A stretch of DNA of 64,000 nt from an uncultured Planctomycetales bacterium. GTDB taxonomy: Bacteria; Omnitrophota; Gorgyraeia; Gygaellales; Profunditerraquicolaceae. The notes under the pieces are model-generated. The model made no database searches. It was given only the letters and a program-made list of their open reading frames with translations, and was not told the DNA's origin. Made by a program: the position numbers and the translations under genes. Shown here one piece after another: positions 8,803-18,124 of the stretch. Location of the stretch: assembly GCA_964645795.1 (NCBI GenBank), contig CAZYCL010000004.1:163093-227092 (forward strand), written 5' to 3'. Numbering within the stretch: the stretch's first letter is position 1; the number at the start of each line of letters is the position of its first letter.

Positions 8803-10197
8803 ATGAGCGGTGTATTTGGCGTGGTTGCCAGGAAAAGTTGCGTCGACGATCTCTTCTACGGCACGGATTACCATTCGCACCTGGGCAGCCAGTTCGCGGG
8901 GCTGGCGGTGCTGGGCAAAGAGATGCACCGCAAGATCCACGATATAAGGGGCAGCCAGTTCAAGACCAAGTTCCACGAAGATTATCTAAAGATGGAAGGC
9001 AATAAAGGGGTGGGGGCGATAAGCGCCCGCGACGAACAGCCGATAGTCATCAACTCCAAGTTCGGTCCGTTTGCCGTGGTCACCAACGGTTTTATCGATA
9101 ACGCCGATAAGCTTGCCCGCCAGCTTTACAGAAAGAATTATTCTTTCAGTGAGATAACCGACGGCAAGATAAACCTTACGGAGTTGGTAGCCAAGCTTAT
9201 CCTTTCCGGCAAAGACATCATCGCCGGAGTCGAAAACATGTTTTCCAAGATCGACGGCTCCTGCTCCCTGCTGCTCCTGAATAAAGACGGCGTATACGCC
9301 GCCCGCGACAGGTTCGGCTACACGCCCCTGATCATCGGGCAGAAAGGCCCTGACTGGGCGGTGACCACGGAAACAGCAGCCTTCACTAATCTCGGGTATA
9401 AGATAGTCAAATACCTGGAGCCCGCGGAGGTCGTCCTTATAAATGAAAAAGGCCTGGTCACCAAGCGCAAAGGCCAAAAATGCAATCAGATCTGCAGTTT
9501 CCTCTGGATCTACACCGGTTTTCCCGCCTCTTCGTATGAAGGGGTGAATGTTGAGCTGGTAAGGGAGAGGTGCGGCAGGTGCCTGGCCAGGAAGGATAAT
9601 GTGAGCGCGGATATGGCGGCAGGGATACCTGACTCCGGGACCACCCACGCCATAGGTTATGCCATGGAGGCCGGCATTCCTTTTCGCAGGCCCCTGGTAA
9701 AATATACCCCGGGATTTGACCGCAGCTATATCCCCGCTTCGCAGGCGCGCCGGGATTTGGTCGCGCGGATGAAGCTTTTACCCATACCCGAGATCATTCG
9801 CGGCGCCCGTATCGTTTTCTGCGACGACTCCATTGTGCGCGGCACGCAGCTGAAGAGCTACACCATACAGAAGCTCAAAGATTGCGGGATAAGGCAGATC
9901 CACTTCAGGATCGCCTGCCCGCCGCTGATGTTCCCCTGCAAATTCAACTTTTCCACCCGCAGCATCAACGAATTGGCAGCCCGCCGGGCAATCCGCGATA
10001 TCGAGGGCAGGGACATAAAGGACGTCAGCGACTATCTTGATGAGAATTCGCCTGAATATAAGAAGATGGTGGATTGGATCGCCAAAGACCTGGGAGTCAC
10101 CACGCTTAAATACCAGAAGCTTGGCGATATGATCGAGGCGATAGGGCTTGACCGGGAGAATCTTTGTACTTATTGCTGGACGGGGAAGCACCCGTAA
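8803..10197 (+). CDS. amidophosphoribosyltransferase paralog with a degenerate Ntn glutaminase domain (Cys1 replaced by Ser)
   Basis: 464 aa. N-terminal MSGVFGVV aligns with CGLFGII of the downstream purF. The RGQE motif is replaced by LGSQF. The PRTase motif VFCDDSIVRGTQLKS and the C-terminal CTYCWTGKHP are retained. Strong SD GGGAGGAG. Confidence 0.7.
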   Translation: MSGVFGVVARKSCVDDLFYGTDYHSHLGSQFAGLAVLGKEMHRKIHDIRGSQFKTKFHEDYLKMEGNKGVGAISARDEQPIVINSKFGPFAVVTNGFIDNADKLARQLYRKNYSFSEITDGKINLTELVAKLILSGKDIIAGVENMFSKIDGSCSLLLLNKDGVYAARDRFGYTPLIIGQKGPDWAVTTETAAFTNLGYKIVKYLEPAEVVLINEKGLVTKRKGQKCNQICSFLWIYTGFPASSYEGVNVELVRERCGRCLARKDNVSADMAAGIPDSGTTHAIGYAMEAGIPFRRPLVKYTPGFDRSYIPASQARRDLVARMKLLPIPEIIRGARIVFCDDSIVRGTQLKSYTIQKLKDCGIRQIHFRIACPPLMFPCKFNFSTRSINELAARRAIRDIEGRDIKDVSDYLDENSPEYKKMVDWIAKDLGVTTLKYQKLGDMIEAIGLDRENLCTYCWTGKHP

Positions 10198-10209
10198 AGG
10201 AAGGCGGAT

Positions 10210-11670
10210 ATGCCTAGAATCGATCTTAGCGACCATCCCAAGGAGTTCTGCGGCCTCTTCGGTATCATTGGCGCCCGCAGCGCCAGCTGGCTGACGTATC
10301 TGGGGCTGTATGCCCAGCAGCATCGCGGCCAGGAGGCTTGCGGTATCGCCACAAATAACAACGGCGTGCTATCCATTTACAAGAATATCGGATTAGTCAA
10401 TGAAGTCTTCAACGAAAAGATAGTATCCGGACTAAGGGGCGATATGGCTTTAGGGCATGTGCGCTACTCTACTACCGGCTCCAGCGTCCTTAAAAACGCC
10501 CAACCCCTTCTTATTGATTACGCCAAAGGTACGGTTTGTATTGCCCACAACGGGAATTTCGTCAACTCTTTTGAACTGCGCAGGCATCTGGAGAAGACCG
10601 GCTCCATCTTTCAGACTACTACCGACTCGGAGCTGGTGATACACCTGATGGCCCGCTCAGGATACAGCGGCCTCAAGGACAGCCTGATCTACGCCTTAAA
10701 AAGGATAAACGGGGCGTACTCTCTGTTGCTCATGGATAAGGACCACCTTATCGGGGCAAGGGACCCCTTAGGCTTCAGGCCATTGGCGCTGGGAAGGATG
10801 GCAAACGCGTATTGTCTGGCTTCAGAGACCTGCGCCTTTGACCTGCTCGGAGCCAAATTCATAAGAGAGATAGAGCCGGGAGAGATAGTTTTTATCGACC
10901 GCGGCTCAAGGCTGAAATCGATCAGACCCAAGCCCCTGCAGGCAAGAGACAAAAAAGCGTTTTGTATCTTTGAGCACGTGTACTTTTCCCGCCCCGACTC
11001 CCACGTATTCGGGCAGACCGTGCATTCGGTAAGGCGGCTGTTGGGTGCGCAGCTGGCCAAAGAGCATCCCGCGGATGCGGATTTTGTGGTGCCGGTCCCG
11101 GATTCGGGGTTTTCCGCGGCGCTGGGTTTCTCTTCGGAATCGGGGATACCTTTAGAGATGGGGATCATCCGCAACCATTATGTGGGCAGGACGTTCATCC
11201 AGCCGGCCCAGGACATCAGGGACCTGGGGGTGAGGGTAAAGTTTAACCTGCTTAAAGACGTCCTGAAAGGCAAAAGGGTCGTAGTCGTAGATGATTCTAT
11301 CGTGCGCGGCACCACCTCCAAGATCCGCGTGCGCAACCTCAGGAAGGCAGGGGTCAAAGAGGTGCACTTGAGGATATCGTGCCCCGCGCACAGGTTCCCT
11401 TGTTTCTACGGGATAGATTTTCACCGCTCTTCGGAGCTTATCGCCAACCGCTACCATTCTATCGAAGATATCCGCCGGTACATGGATGTGGATAGCCTTG
11501 GCTATCTTAGCCTCGAGGGCATGCTGGGCTGCCTGAAACATCCGGCAAATAACTATTGCAGCGCCTGCTGGACAGGGGATTACCCGATCGCGGCGGAAAA
11601 ACGGCACGGCAAATTTTCGCTGGAGCGCAGATGCTGCGGGCAAGGAGAGATAGACATATGCGCGGTTTAA
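10210..11670 (+). CDS. purF: amidophosphoribosyltransferase (glutamine PRPP amidotransferase), Bacillus-type with propeptide and Fe-S cysteines
   Basis: 486 aa. A propeptide precedes CGLFGIIG (nucleophile Cys). Contains RGQEACGIAT, HNGNFVN, VVVDDSIVRGTT and C-terminal CSACWTGDYP. Confidence 0.9.
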   Translation: MPRIDLSDHPKEFCGLFGIIGARSASWLTYLGLYAQQHRGQEACGIATNNNGVLSIYKNIGLVNEVFNEKIVSGLRGDMALGHVRYSTTGSSVLKNAQPLLIDYAKGTVCIAHNGNFVNSFELRRHLEKTGSIFQTTTDSELVIHLMARSGYSGLKDSLIYALKRINGAYSLLLMDKDHLIGARDPLGFRPLALGRMANAYCLASETCAFDLLGAKFIREIEPGEIVFIDRGSRLKSIRPKPLQARDKKAFCIFEHVYFSRPDSHVFGQTVHSVRRLLGAQLAKEHPADADFVVPVPDSGFSAALGFSSESGIPLEMGIIRNHYVGRTFIQPAQDIRDLGVRVKFNLLKDVLKGKRVVVVDDSIVRGTTSKIRVRNLRKAGVKEVHLRISCPAHRFPCFYGIDFHRSSELIANRYHSIEDIRRYMDVDSLGYLSLEGMLGCLKHPANNYCSACWTGDYPIAAEKRHGKFSLERRCCGQGEIDICAV

Positions 11671-12656
11671 CCTACGCAAGATCAGGGGTAGACATAAGAA
11701 AGGCTGCGTCCTTTAAAGAAAGGCTCAAGCCCTTGGTAAAGCGGTCTTTTTCGCCGCAGGTGATCAAGGGCATAGGCGGCTTCGGCAGCCTTTTTGGTTT
11801 CGCTAAAGACAGATACAGGGAACCCGTGCTGGTTTCTTCGACCGACGGGGTGGGCACCAAGCTTAAGCTTGCCATTTTGGCAGACAAGCACGATACCGTC
11901 GGTATCGATGCGGTGGCGATGAACGTAAACGATATACTTTGTACGGGGGCAGAGCCGCTGTTTTTCCTTGATTACATCTCCTGCGGCAAGCTTTGCCCGC
12001 AAACCATGCTGGCGGTGGTAAAGGGGATAAGCCGCGGCTGCGTCGAAGCCGGCTGTTCTCTTATCGGCGGGGAGACCGCGGAGATGCCCGGGATGTATAG
12101 ACCGGGCGAGTACGATATCGCCGGCTTCTGCGTAGGCGCCGTGGAAAGAAAGAAAATCATCGACGGCTCATCCATCGAGCCCGGAGATTCGGTCATAGGG
12201 CTGGCCTCAAGCGGCCTGCATTCAAACGGTTACTCTTTAGTGAGGAAGGCCTTCTCTCAAAAAGAGCTGAAGCGCATGAGCCGCCAGCTCCTTACGCCGA
12301 CACGCATATATGTAAAACCGGTGCTTTCAATACTGAAGAATTTTCCCGTTAAAGGCATCGCCCATATTACGGGCGGGGCTTTTTACGATAAGATCAGCCG
12401 CATCCTTGCCGATAACGTAAATGTCCGTATCAACAAAAGCTCGTGGAGCGTGCCTGAGATATTTCGCCTGATACAGAATAAGGGGGGGGTCGCCGAGAAA
12501 GAGATGTATCATACTCTTAATATGGGTATCGGGATGGTTTTGATCGTTGAAGGCCGGTTTGTCAAGTCGGTTATTGCGATGATTGGGCAGAAAGGCTTGC
12601 GTTCCTGGCTTATCGGCGGGGTTACTAAGGGCAAGGGGCAGGTAGAGGTGATTTAA
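11658..12656 (+). CDS. purM: phosphoribosylformylglycinamidine cyclo-ligase (AIR synthetase)
   Basis: Start ATG 11658 (MRGLTYARSGVDI), 9 nt after AAGGAGAG, overlapping the purF stop. PurM motifs are present (GGFGSLF, TDGVGTKL). Confidence 0.85.
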   Translation: MRGLTYARSGVDIRKAASFKERLKPLVKRSFSPQVIKGIGGFGSLFGFAKDRYREPVLVSSTDGVGTKLKLAILADKHDTVGIDAVAMNVNDILCTGAEPLFFLDYISCGKLCPQTMLAVVKGISRGCVEAGCSLIGGETAEMPGMYRPGEYDIAGFCVGAVERKKIIDGSSIEPGDSVIGLASSGLHSNGYSLVRKAFSQKELKRMSRQLLTPTRIYVKPVLSILKNFPVKGIAHITGGAFYDKISRILADNVNVRINKSSWSVPEIFRLIQNKGGVAEKEMYHTLNMGIGMVLIVEGRFVKSVIAMIGQKGLRSWLIGGVTKGKGQVEVI

Positions 12657-12671
12657 CAAAAGGAGGCAGGT

Positions 12672-13535
12672 ATGGGCATACTATTCCCAGTGATTTTATT
12701 TGGGGTCTTTTTCTTTTTAGCCGGCGTAAGGATCGTGCGTCCCACGCACCGCGGGTTGATCGAGCGGTTAGGTAAATATAACCGTTTTGCTAACCCGGGT
12801 TTTAATTGGATTTTTCCGATTATCGAGGTCATCTACCAGGTCAATACCACCGAGCAGATGGTCGATGCCGAACCGCAGGAGATCATCACCAACGATAATC
12901 TTAACGCCAAGGTGGACGCCCAGGTTTATTTCAGGGTCAAGGCCGACGAGGCCGACGTCAAGAACTCACAATACAACGTGAACAACTACCAGTGGCAGAT
13001 CGTCAATCTTGCCCGCACTACTTTAAGGAACATCATCGGTACCCTTACTTTGAAGTCTGCTAATAGCGAGCGCGGCAAGATCAACGCCGAGCTGCACAAG
13101 ACTTTGATGTCCGAGACTGCCAGCTGGGGGCTTGAGATCGTGCGCACCGAGCTAAAAGAGATCGATCCTCCCAAGGACGTGCAGGAGACGATGAACAAGG
13201 TCGTCAAGGCCGAGAACGAAAAGATCGCCGCGGTTGATTTTGCCACTGCCACCGAAACCGCTGCCGACGGGCAGAAGAGGGCCGAGATAAAGAAGGCCGA
13301 AGGCATCAAGCAGGCCAGGATCCTTGAGGCGGAAGGCGAGGCCGAGGCGATAAAGCTGGTCAATGTCGCGGCCCAGGATTACTTCGTGGGCAACGCCCAG
13401 CTTTTAAGAAAGCTGGAGGCGGTTGAGAAGTCGCTGGCGCATAATGCGAAGATCGTAGTCCCTTCGGATAGCGAGCTGGTAAACGTAATCGGCGAGCTGG
13501 CCGGCGTCCTGCCGCTTAAGAAGGAAGCGAAATAG
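12672..13535 (+). CDS. SPFH/band-7 (stomatin/prohibitin-like) membrane protein
   Basis: N-terminal TM segment, then an SPFH domain (IITNDNLNAKVDAQVYFRV...), and a coiled-coil Ala/Glu/Lys-rich C-terminus. Confidence 0.75.
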   Translation: MGILFPVILFGVFFFLAGVRIVRPTHRGLIERLGKYNRFANPGFNWIFPIIEVIYQVNTTEQMVDAEPQEIITNDNLNAKVDAQVYFRVKADEADVKNSQYNVNNYQWQIVNLARTTLRNIIGTLTLKSANSERGKINAELHKTLMSETASWGLEIVRTELKEIDPPKDVQETMNKVVKAENEKIAAVDFATATETAADGQKRAEIKKAEGIKQARILEAEGEAEAIKLVNVAAQDYFVGNAQLLRKLEAVEKSLAHNAKIVVPSDSELVNVIGELAGVLPLKKEAK

Positions 13536-13545
13536 ATTTATTGGA

Positions 13546-13808
13546 ATGAAGGAATCGTTCTTGAAATGTTCTTTTAAATAAATCTGTCAAGTTTCTCGCT
13601 CAGGTCGCTTTTCCCGCCTGCGGCGGTACGGCAAATGTTTTTCGTATTTTCGGCGCCTGCGGAACTCGCGCCTCGCCTTCTGGCTCGGCGCTCAGACATC
13701 CTCGGCGCACCGGTTTTGTCGCTGTCGCTCCACCGGTGTTCCCGAAAATACTCAAAGCCCTTTGCCTAAAAGCTTCATTCGCTCGAAACTTGCCAGATTT
13801 ATTTAATC
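13546..13808. repeat. 20-bp inverted repeats bounding a roughly 175-nt hairpin-rich GC-rich core (MITE-like element or structured ncRNA candidate)
   Basis: AAATAAATCTGTCAAGTTTC at 13594-13613 versus GAAACTTGCCAGATTTATTT at 13789-13808, 19/20 complementary. Internal IRs include GTATTTTCGG/CCGAAAATAC, GGCGC/GCGCC and CACCGGT/ACCGGTG. Confidence 0.5.
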
Positions 13809-13864
13809 AAGCTATTAGAAACGCAAGCGGGCATCGGATCCCGTTTCAATATTACGGAGATTGA

Positions 13865-14506
13865 ATGAAAAAGACTATCGTAATATTGGTTTTATTTTTT
13901 CTGCCGCAGGTTTGTTTGGCGCAGGCTGAAACTGGCAGCGCCCAGCCGGCAAGCCCCGAGGCGGTAAAAACTGCAGAGTCTGTGCCCGCGCCTAAAGAAG
14001 TCGGTCCCGACAGCGAGCACGAGGTTGAGTTTTATATCGAAACCAACAAAAAGCTCTACAGGCAGGGCGAGAATATATATCTGCGTTTCTGGATAAAAAA
14101 CAATTCCGGCCGCGATATCCGGACTTTTTATAAGGACGCCCTTATCGATTTCTTTACCGAGGGCAGGCGCAGGGTTTATGGGGTACAGGAGATCAGGGAT
14201 TTTATCGTGGACAAGTCCGGTTTCCCGCGATATATCGTCCTCTCCATACCGACGGACAGGAGAAAATCCACCGGAGACTCATTGAGGCAGGTCATTATCA
14301 GGCCCGGTTTTTATTTAACCGGCCGGTTCAATATTATAATAATATGCGGCTATTATTGGAGATCCAACGTAGCCACTATTGAAGTATGGAATGAGGATAA
14401 TCCTCCCAGCACCGAGGCGCTGGAAGAAGAAGGGCCGGTCTTATCAGGTGAGGAGTTCCTGGCAGAGAAGCCCGAAGGCTCGCCATTCGTAGTCGAGCCG
14501 TTTTGA
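13865..14506 (+). CDS. hypothetical exported protein (signal peptide)
   Basis: N-terminus MKKTIVILVLFFLPQVCLAQA; SD ACGGAG; no recognisable domain. Confidence 0.5.
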   Translation: MKKTIVILVLFFLPQVCLAQAETGSAQPASPEAVKTAESVPAPKEVGPDSEHEVEFYIETNKKLYRQGENIYLRFWIKNNSGRDIRTFYKDALIDFFTEGRRRVYGVQEIRDFIVDKSGFPRYIVLSIPTDRRKSTGDSLRQVIIRPGFYLTGRFNIIIICGYYWRSNVATIEVWNEDNPPSTEALEEEGPVLSGEEFLAEKPEGSPFVVEPF

Positions 14507-14677
14507 TATGAAGGGACTGTCCCTGAATAGCAGGTCGATCTTTCTAATTATTCAGTAGCGCGCGTCTTGCCAGATTAAGGTATAATAAATTAATTAAGCT
14601 TTCCGTTTTCTGCCTTGCGTGCGGAAATTTTCTAATGTACGCTTCGGCATAAGCCGGAAAGCTTATTCAGTGAAAAT

Positions 14678-15976
14678 ATGAGAATATTAGTAATCGGTTC
14701 AGGGGGACGGGAGCATGCGCTGGTCTGGAAGATAGCGCAGTCAAAGCTCGTTGATAAGATTTTCTGCGCGCCGGGGAATGCCGGAATATCCGAGCAGGCA
14801 GGGTGTATCGATATTAAAGCCGATGATATTCCGAGTCTACTTGAATTCGCGCGCAAAGAGAAAATAGATTTGACTATTGTCGGTCCCGAAGTCCCGCTTA
14901 CTTTAGGCATTGTTGACGAATTTCAAAAGAATAAACTGAAAATATTTGGGCCGAGCAAGTTAGCTGCTCAGCTTGAGGCAAGTAAAGTATTCTCCAAAGA
15001 GCTGATGGCAAAATATAAAGTCCCAACAGCAGGGTTTAAGGTCTTTGATGATCCGCGGGATGCTTACGCTTACATTGAAAAGAAGGGTGCGCCTTGCGTA
15101 GTCAAAGCTGACGGCCTGGCCGCGGGAAAAGGGGTGGTCGTAGCTAAGACTGTTGCCGAAGCCAAGCAAGCCGTAGATCTGATGATGACGCAGAAGGCCT
15201 TTGGCAAGGCCGGAGAGCGTATCATAGTAGAGGAGTGTTTATCGGGGCAGGAGGCCTCAATCCTGGTCATAACGGACTCAAAATCTGTCATACCCTTGGC
15301 TTCCAGTCAGGACCACAAAACTGTGGATGACAACGACGAAGGTCCTAATACAGGTGGAATGGGCGCGTATTCTCCTGCCCCGGTTGTAACAAGCTCGCTG
15401 TACGGCCAGATCCTGGAGAAGATCATTAACCCTACCATAGACGGGCTTAGCCGGGAAGGCATTGAGTACAGAGGGGTGCTTTACGCTGGAATAATGCTGA
15501 CCAAGCAAGGTCCTTATACCCTAGAGTTCAATGTGCGTTTCGGAGACCCGGAGACGGAAGCGATACTGCCGCGGTTTGAATCAGACTTATTGGAAGTGAT
15601 GCTGGCGTCCTGCGAAGGGAGTTTAAATAAAGTTGTAAAGGCCGGCGGTATTAGATGGGATGAGCGCGCCTGCGTCTGCGTAGTCGCCTCCTCCAAGGGC
15701 TACCCCGGAGATTACGAAAAAGGAAAAGAGATTACCGGTCTTGAGGAGGCCGGGAAGATGAAAGATATAGTGGTCTTCCACGCCGGCACTACCAAGTCAC
15801 CAAGCCACCAAGCCACCAAGTCACCGGGATATCTTACAAACGGCGGAAGGGTTTTAGGCATCACCGGCTTAGGCAATACCATTAAGGATGCCATAGATCA
15901 TACTTATAAAGCAGTAAGCAAAATCAATTTTGACGGCATGCATTATCGCCGGGACATAGGGCGCAAGGCGCTCTGA
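14678..15976 (+). CDS. purD: phosphoribosylamine-glycine ligase
   Basis: 432 aa. MRILVIGSGGREHALVWK with an ATP-grasp core. Contains the in-frame repeat (ACCAAGYC)x4 at 15791-15826. Confidence 0.9.
   Translation: MRILVIGSGGREHALVWKIAQSKLVDKIFCAPGNAGISEQAGCIDIKADDIPSLLEFARKEKIDLTIVGPEVPLTLGIVDEFQKNKLKIFGPSKLAAQLEASKVFSKELMAKYKVPTAGFKVFDDPRDAYAYIEKKGAPCVVKADGLAAGKGVVVAKTVAEAKQAVDLMMTQKAFGKAGERIIVEECLSGQEASILVITDSKSVIPLASSQDHKTVDDNDEGPNTGGMGAYSPAPVVTSSLYGQILEKIINPTIDGLSREGIEYRGVLYAGIMLTKQGPYTLEFNVRFGDPETEAILPRFESDLLEVMLASCEGSLNKVVKAGGIRWDERACVCVVASSKGYPGDYEKGKEITGLEEAGKMKDIVVFHAGTTKSPSHQATKSPGYLTNGGRVLGITGLGNTIKDAIDHTYKAVSKINFDGMHYRRDIGRKAL
15791..15826. repeat. octanucleotide tandem repeat (ACCAAGYC)x4 plus a partial copy inside purD
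   Basis: Direct reading; it encodes TTKSPSHQATKSPG in the loop between HAGT and NGGRVLG. Confidence 0.9.
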
Positions 15977-16113
15977 TATTGCACTCATCAGCGGGGCCTG
16001 GCATAGGGCGCTTCTAGCGCTGACGCGCTGCGAAGCATCCCCATGCCACCCGCTGCCTGAGTGAATATGCTCAAGTCGCCTGCGTTATATCTAAATTAAG
16101 TAAGGAGGAAGCA

Positions 16114-16602
16114 ATGGCGGATAAAAAAATAGCGATCATTATGGGCAGCCAGTCCGACTTGGAAACGGTAAATGAAGGGATCAGGCTCCTTAAAGAGTTC
16201 AAGGTCGGTTTTGAAGTCAAGGTTTTATCCGCGCATCGCACTCCTAAAGAGCTGGCTTCATATGTAGGGTCCGCGTCTAAAAAAGGCGTCAAGGTCTTTA
16301 TCGCCGCTGCCGGCGGCGCCGCAGCTTTAGCCGGAGTGATCGCGGCTCATACTACGCTTCCGGTGATCGGCATCCCTATTGAAACCTCAAGCTTAAAAGG
16401 CATGGATTCGCTCTTATCCACGGTGCAGATGCCCGGGGGGATCCCGGTGGCTTCTATGGCGATAGGGAAAGCCGGCGCAAAGAACGCCGCGCTATTTGCT
16501 TTGCAGATACTGGGCATAAGCGATAGAACAGTTGAGAAAAAGCTGCTAAACTACAGAAAAGCGATGGCTGCGCAGATAAGGAATACAAAGCTTAGCTTAT
16601 GA
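16114..16602 (+). CDS. purE: N5-carboxyaminoimidazole ribonucleotide mutase
   Basis: 162 aa. MADKKIAIIMGSQSDLETV; SD TAAGGAGG. Confidence 0.9.
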   Translation: MADKKIAIIMGSQSDLETVNEGIRLLKEFKVGFEVKVLSAHRTPKELASYVGSASKKGVKVFIAAAGGAAALAGVIAAHTTLPVIGIPIETSSLKGMDSLLSTVQMPGGIPVASMAIGKAGAKNAALFALQILGISDRTVEKKLLNYRKAMAAQIRNTKLSL

Positions 16603-17663
16603 TAAAGACCAGGGTATTGAAGGTAGACCCCATCGACCCCAACATGGTCTATGTTAAGGAAGCCGCCGAGTCCCTGGTCAAGGGGGGGCTGGTGATCGTC
16701 CCGACCGAGACCGTATACGGGATAGCTGCCAATGCCATGGATAAGCAGGCGCAGGAGCGGCTTTACAATATAAAGCAAAGGCCGAAAGACAAGCCTTTCG
16801 CGGTAATAATCGAAGATAAGATGCGCGTGGAAGAGTTCAGTTCGTTTATTCCCATCTTCGCCTATAAGGCGATAGATAAGTTCTGGCCCGGTCCGCTGAC
16901 GATAGTATTGAAACATAAGAGCAAAGGCACCATCGGCCTGCGCATGCCGGACCACCCGGTAGCGCTTAAGATAGCGGCGCTGGCCCGAGTGCCGCTTGCC
17001 TGCCCTTCGGCAAATATTTCGGGTAAACCCGCGCCACCTAACCTGCGGCAGGCCCTGTCCGATCTTGACGGTTTGGTGGAGATAGCCGTAGATTCAGGCG
17101 ATTGCGCATTAGGCGTGGAGTCAGGCGTCGTTGATATGACGGCTGATTCGCCGCGCATCTTAAGGGAAGGGGCGATAAAAAAAGAGGATATAGAGGTCTG
17201 CGCTAAAAATAAGACCGTGCTCTTTGTCTGCACGGGCAACTCCTGCCGTTCGGTGATGGCCGAAGCGGCCCTTAAGAGGTCATTAGAAGAGAAGGGCCGG
17301 CGCGACGTCGAAGTAATATCCGCCGGCGCGATGATGGTCTCCCGGCCGATGGGGGCGACTCAGGCGACGATAGAAGTATTGGCTAGGGACGGCATAGACG
17401 TATCCGCTCACCGCTCCCGGTCGGTTGATAAGCTTATGGTGAAAAGATCCGATCTTATCCTGGTCATGGAGAAGAGGCACGAAAGCCGGGTGTTGGAGCT
17501 GGCGCCCGAAGTCAAAAATAGGCTTTTTTTATTAAAGGAATTTGCTAAAATAAAGGGAAGCGATTTGGATATAGACGATCCCATCGGAATGTCCGAAGAT
17601 TTCTATTCCCGGACTTATGCCACCATCAAGGAAGCAGTCGAAAAAGTAAGCCAACTCATATGA
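16599..17663 (+). CDS. L-threonylcarbamoyladenylate synthase (TsaC/YrdC/Sua5 domain) fused to a low-molecular-weight protein tyrosine/arginine phosphatase
   Basis: N-terminal YrdC-like domain (VYGIAANAMDKQAQERLYNIKQRPKDKPFAVII) and C-terminal LMW-PTP P-loop VLFVCTGNSCRSVMAEA. Confidence 0.75.
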   Translation: MIKTRVLKVDPIDPNMVYVKEAAESLVKGGLVIVPTETVYGIAANAMDKQAQERLYNIKQRPKDKPFAVIIEDKMRVEEFSSFIPIFAYKAIDKFWPGPLTIVLKHKSKGTIGLRMPDHPVALKIAALARVPLACPSANISGKPAPPNLRQALSDLDGLVEIAVDSGDCALGVESGVVDMTADSPRILREGAIKKEDIEVCAKNKTVLFVCTGNSCRSVMAEAALKRSLEEKGRRDVEVISAGAMMVSRPMGATQATIEVLARDGIDVSAHRSRSVDKLMVKRSDLILVMEKRHESRVLELAPEVKNRLFLLKEFAKIKGSDLDIDDPIGMSEDFYSRTYATIKEAVEKVSQLI

Positions 17664-18124
17664 ACAAGATACTCATTGCGTCCGACCACGCAGGCCTGCG
17701 GCTTAAGGAAAAGCTTAAACTTTTCCTGCGGCAGGAGGGTTTCGGCATCAAAGATTTCGGCACGCATTCCGAGGAGAGCTGCGATTATCCGGATTATGCC
17801 ATTCCTCTTGCGCGGCAGGTCGGCGAAAACAAGAAGCTGCGCGGGATACTCATCTGCAAAAGCGGGATAGGCAATTCCATCGTCGCCAATAGGTTTGCCG
17901 GAGTGCGCGCGGCATTGTGTTATAACAAGCTGGCGGCCCGCCTTTCCCGGCAGCATAACGACAGCAATATACTGGTCCTGGGCGCGGGGTTCGTAAGTAC
18001 GGCCCAGGCTAAAAGCATAGTCAGGGTTTGGCTGGATACGGAGTTCGAAGGAGGCCGGCACATGCGCAGGCTGGAGAAAATAGACAACATCGCAAAACAT
18101 AACGGGAGTTGCGGATGCAGATGA
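17660..18124 (+). CDS. rpiB: ribose-5-phosphate isomerase B
   Basis: 154 aa. [17 protein letters not shown]; RpiB/LacAB family. Confidence 0.85.
   Translation: MNKILIASDHAGLRLKEKLKLFLRQEGFGIKDFGTHSEESCDYPDYAIPLARQVGENKKLRGILICKSGIGNSIVANRFAGVRAALCYNKLAARLSRQHNDSNILVLGAGFVSTAQAKSIVRVWLDTEFEGGRHMRRLEKIDNIAKHNGSCGCR

Noticed and set aside
14507-14677. Purine or ZTP riboswitch upstream of purD (and 15977-16113 upstream of purE)
   Set aside because: I could not find the conserved cores by eye: neither the purine aptamer junction nor the ZTP GGGUCGUGACUGGCG...CCGGGUGGA...CGCCUGGGCA blocks. Only weak hairpins are present. An Rfam scan would be needed to be sure.
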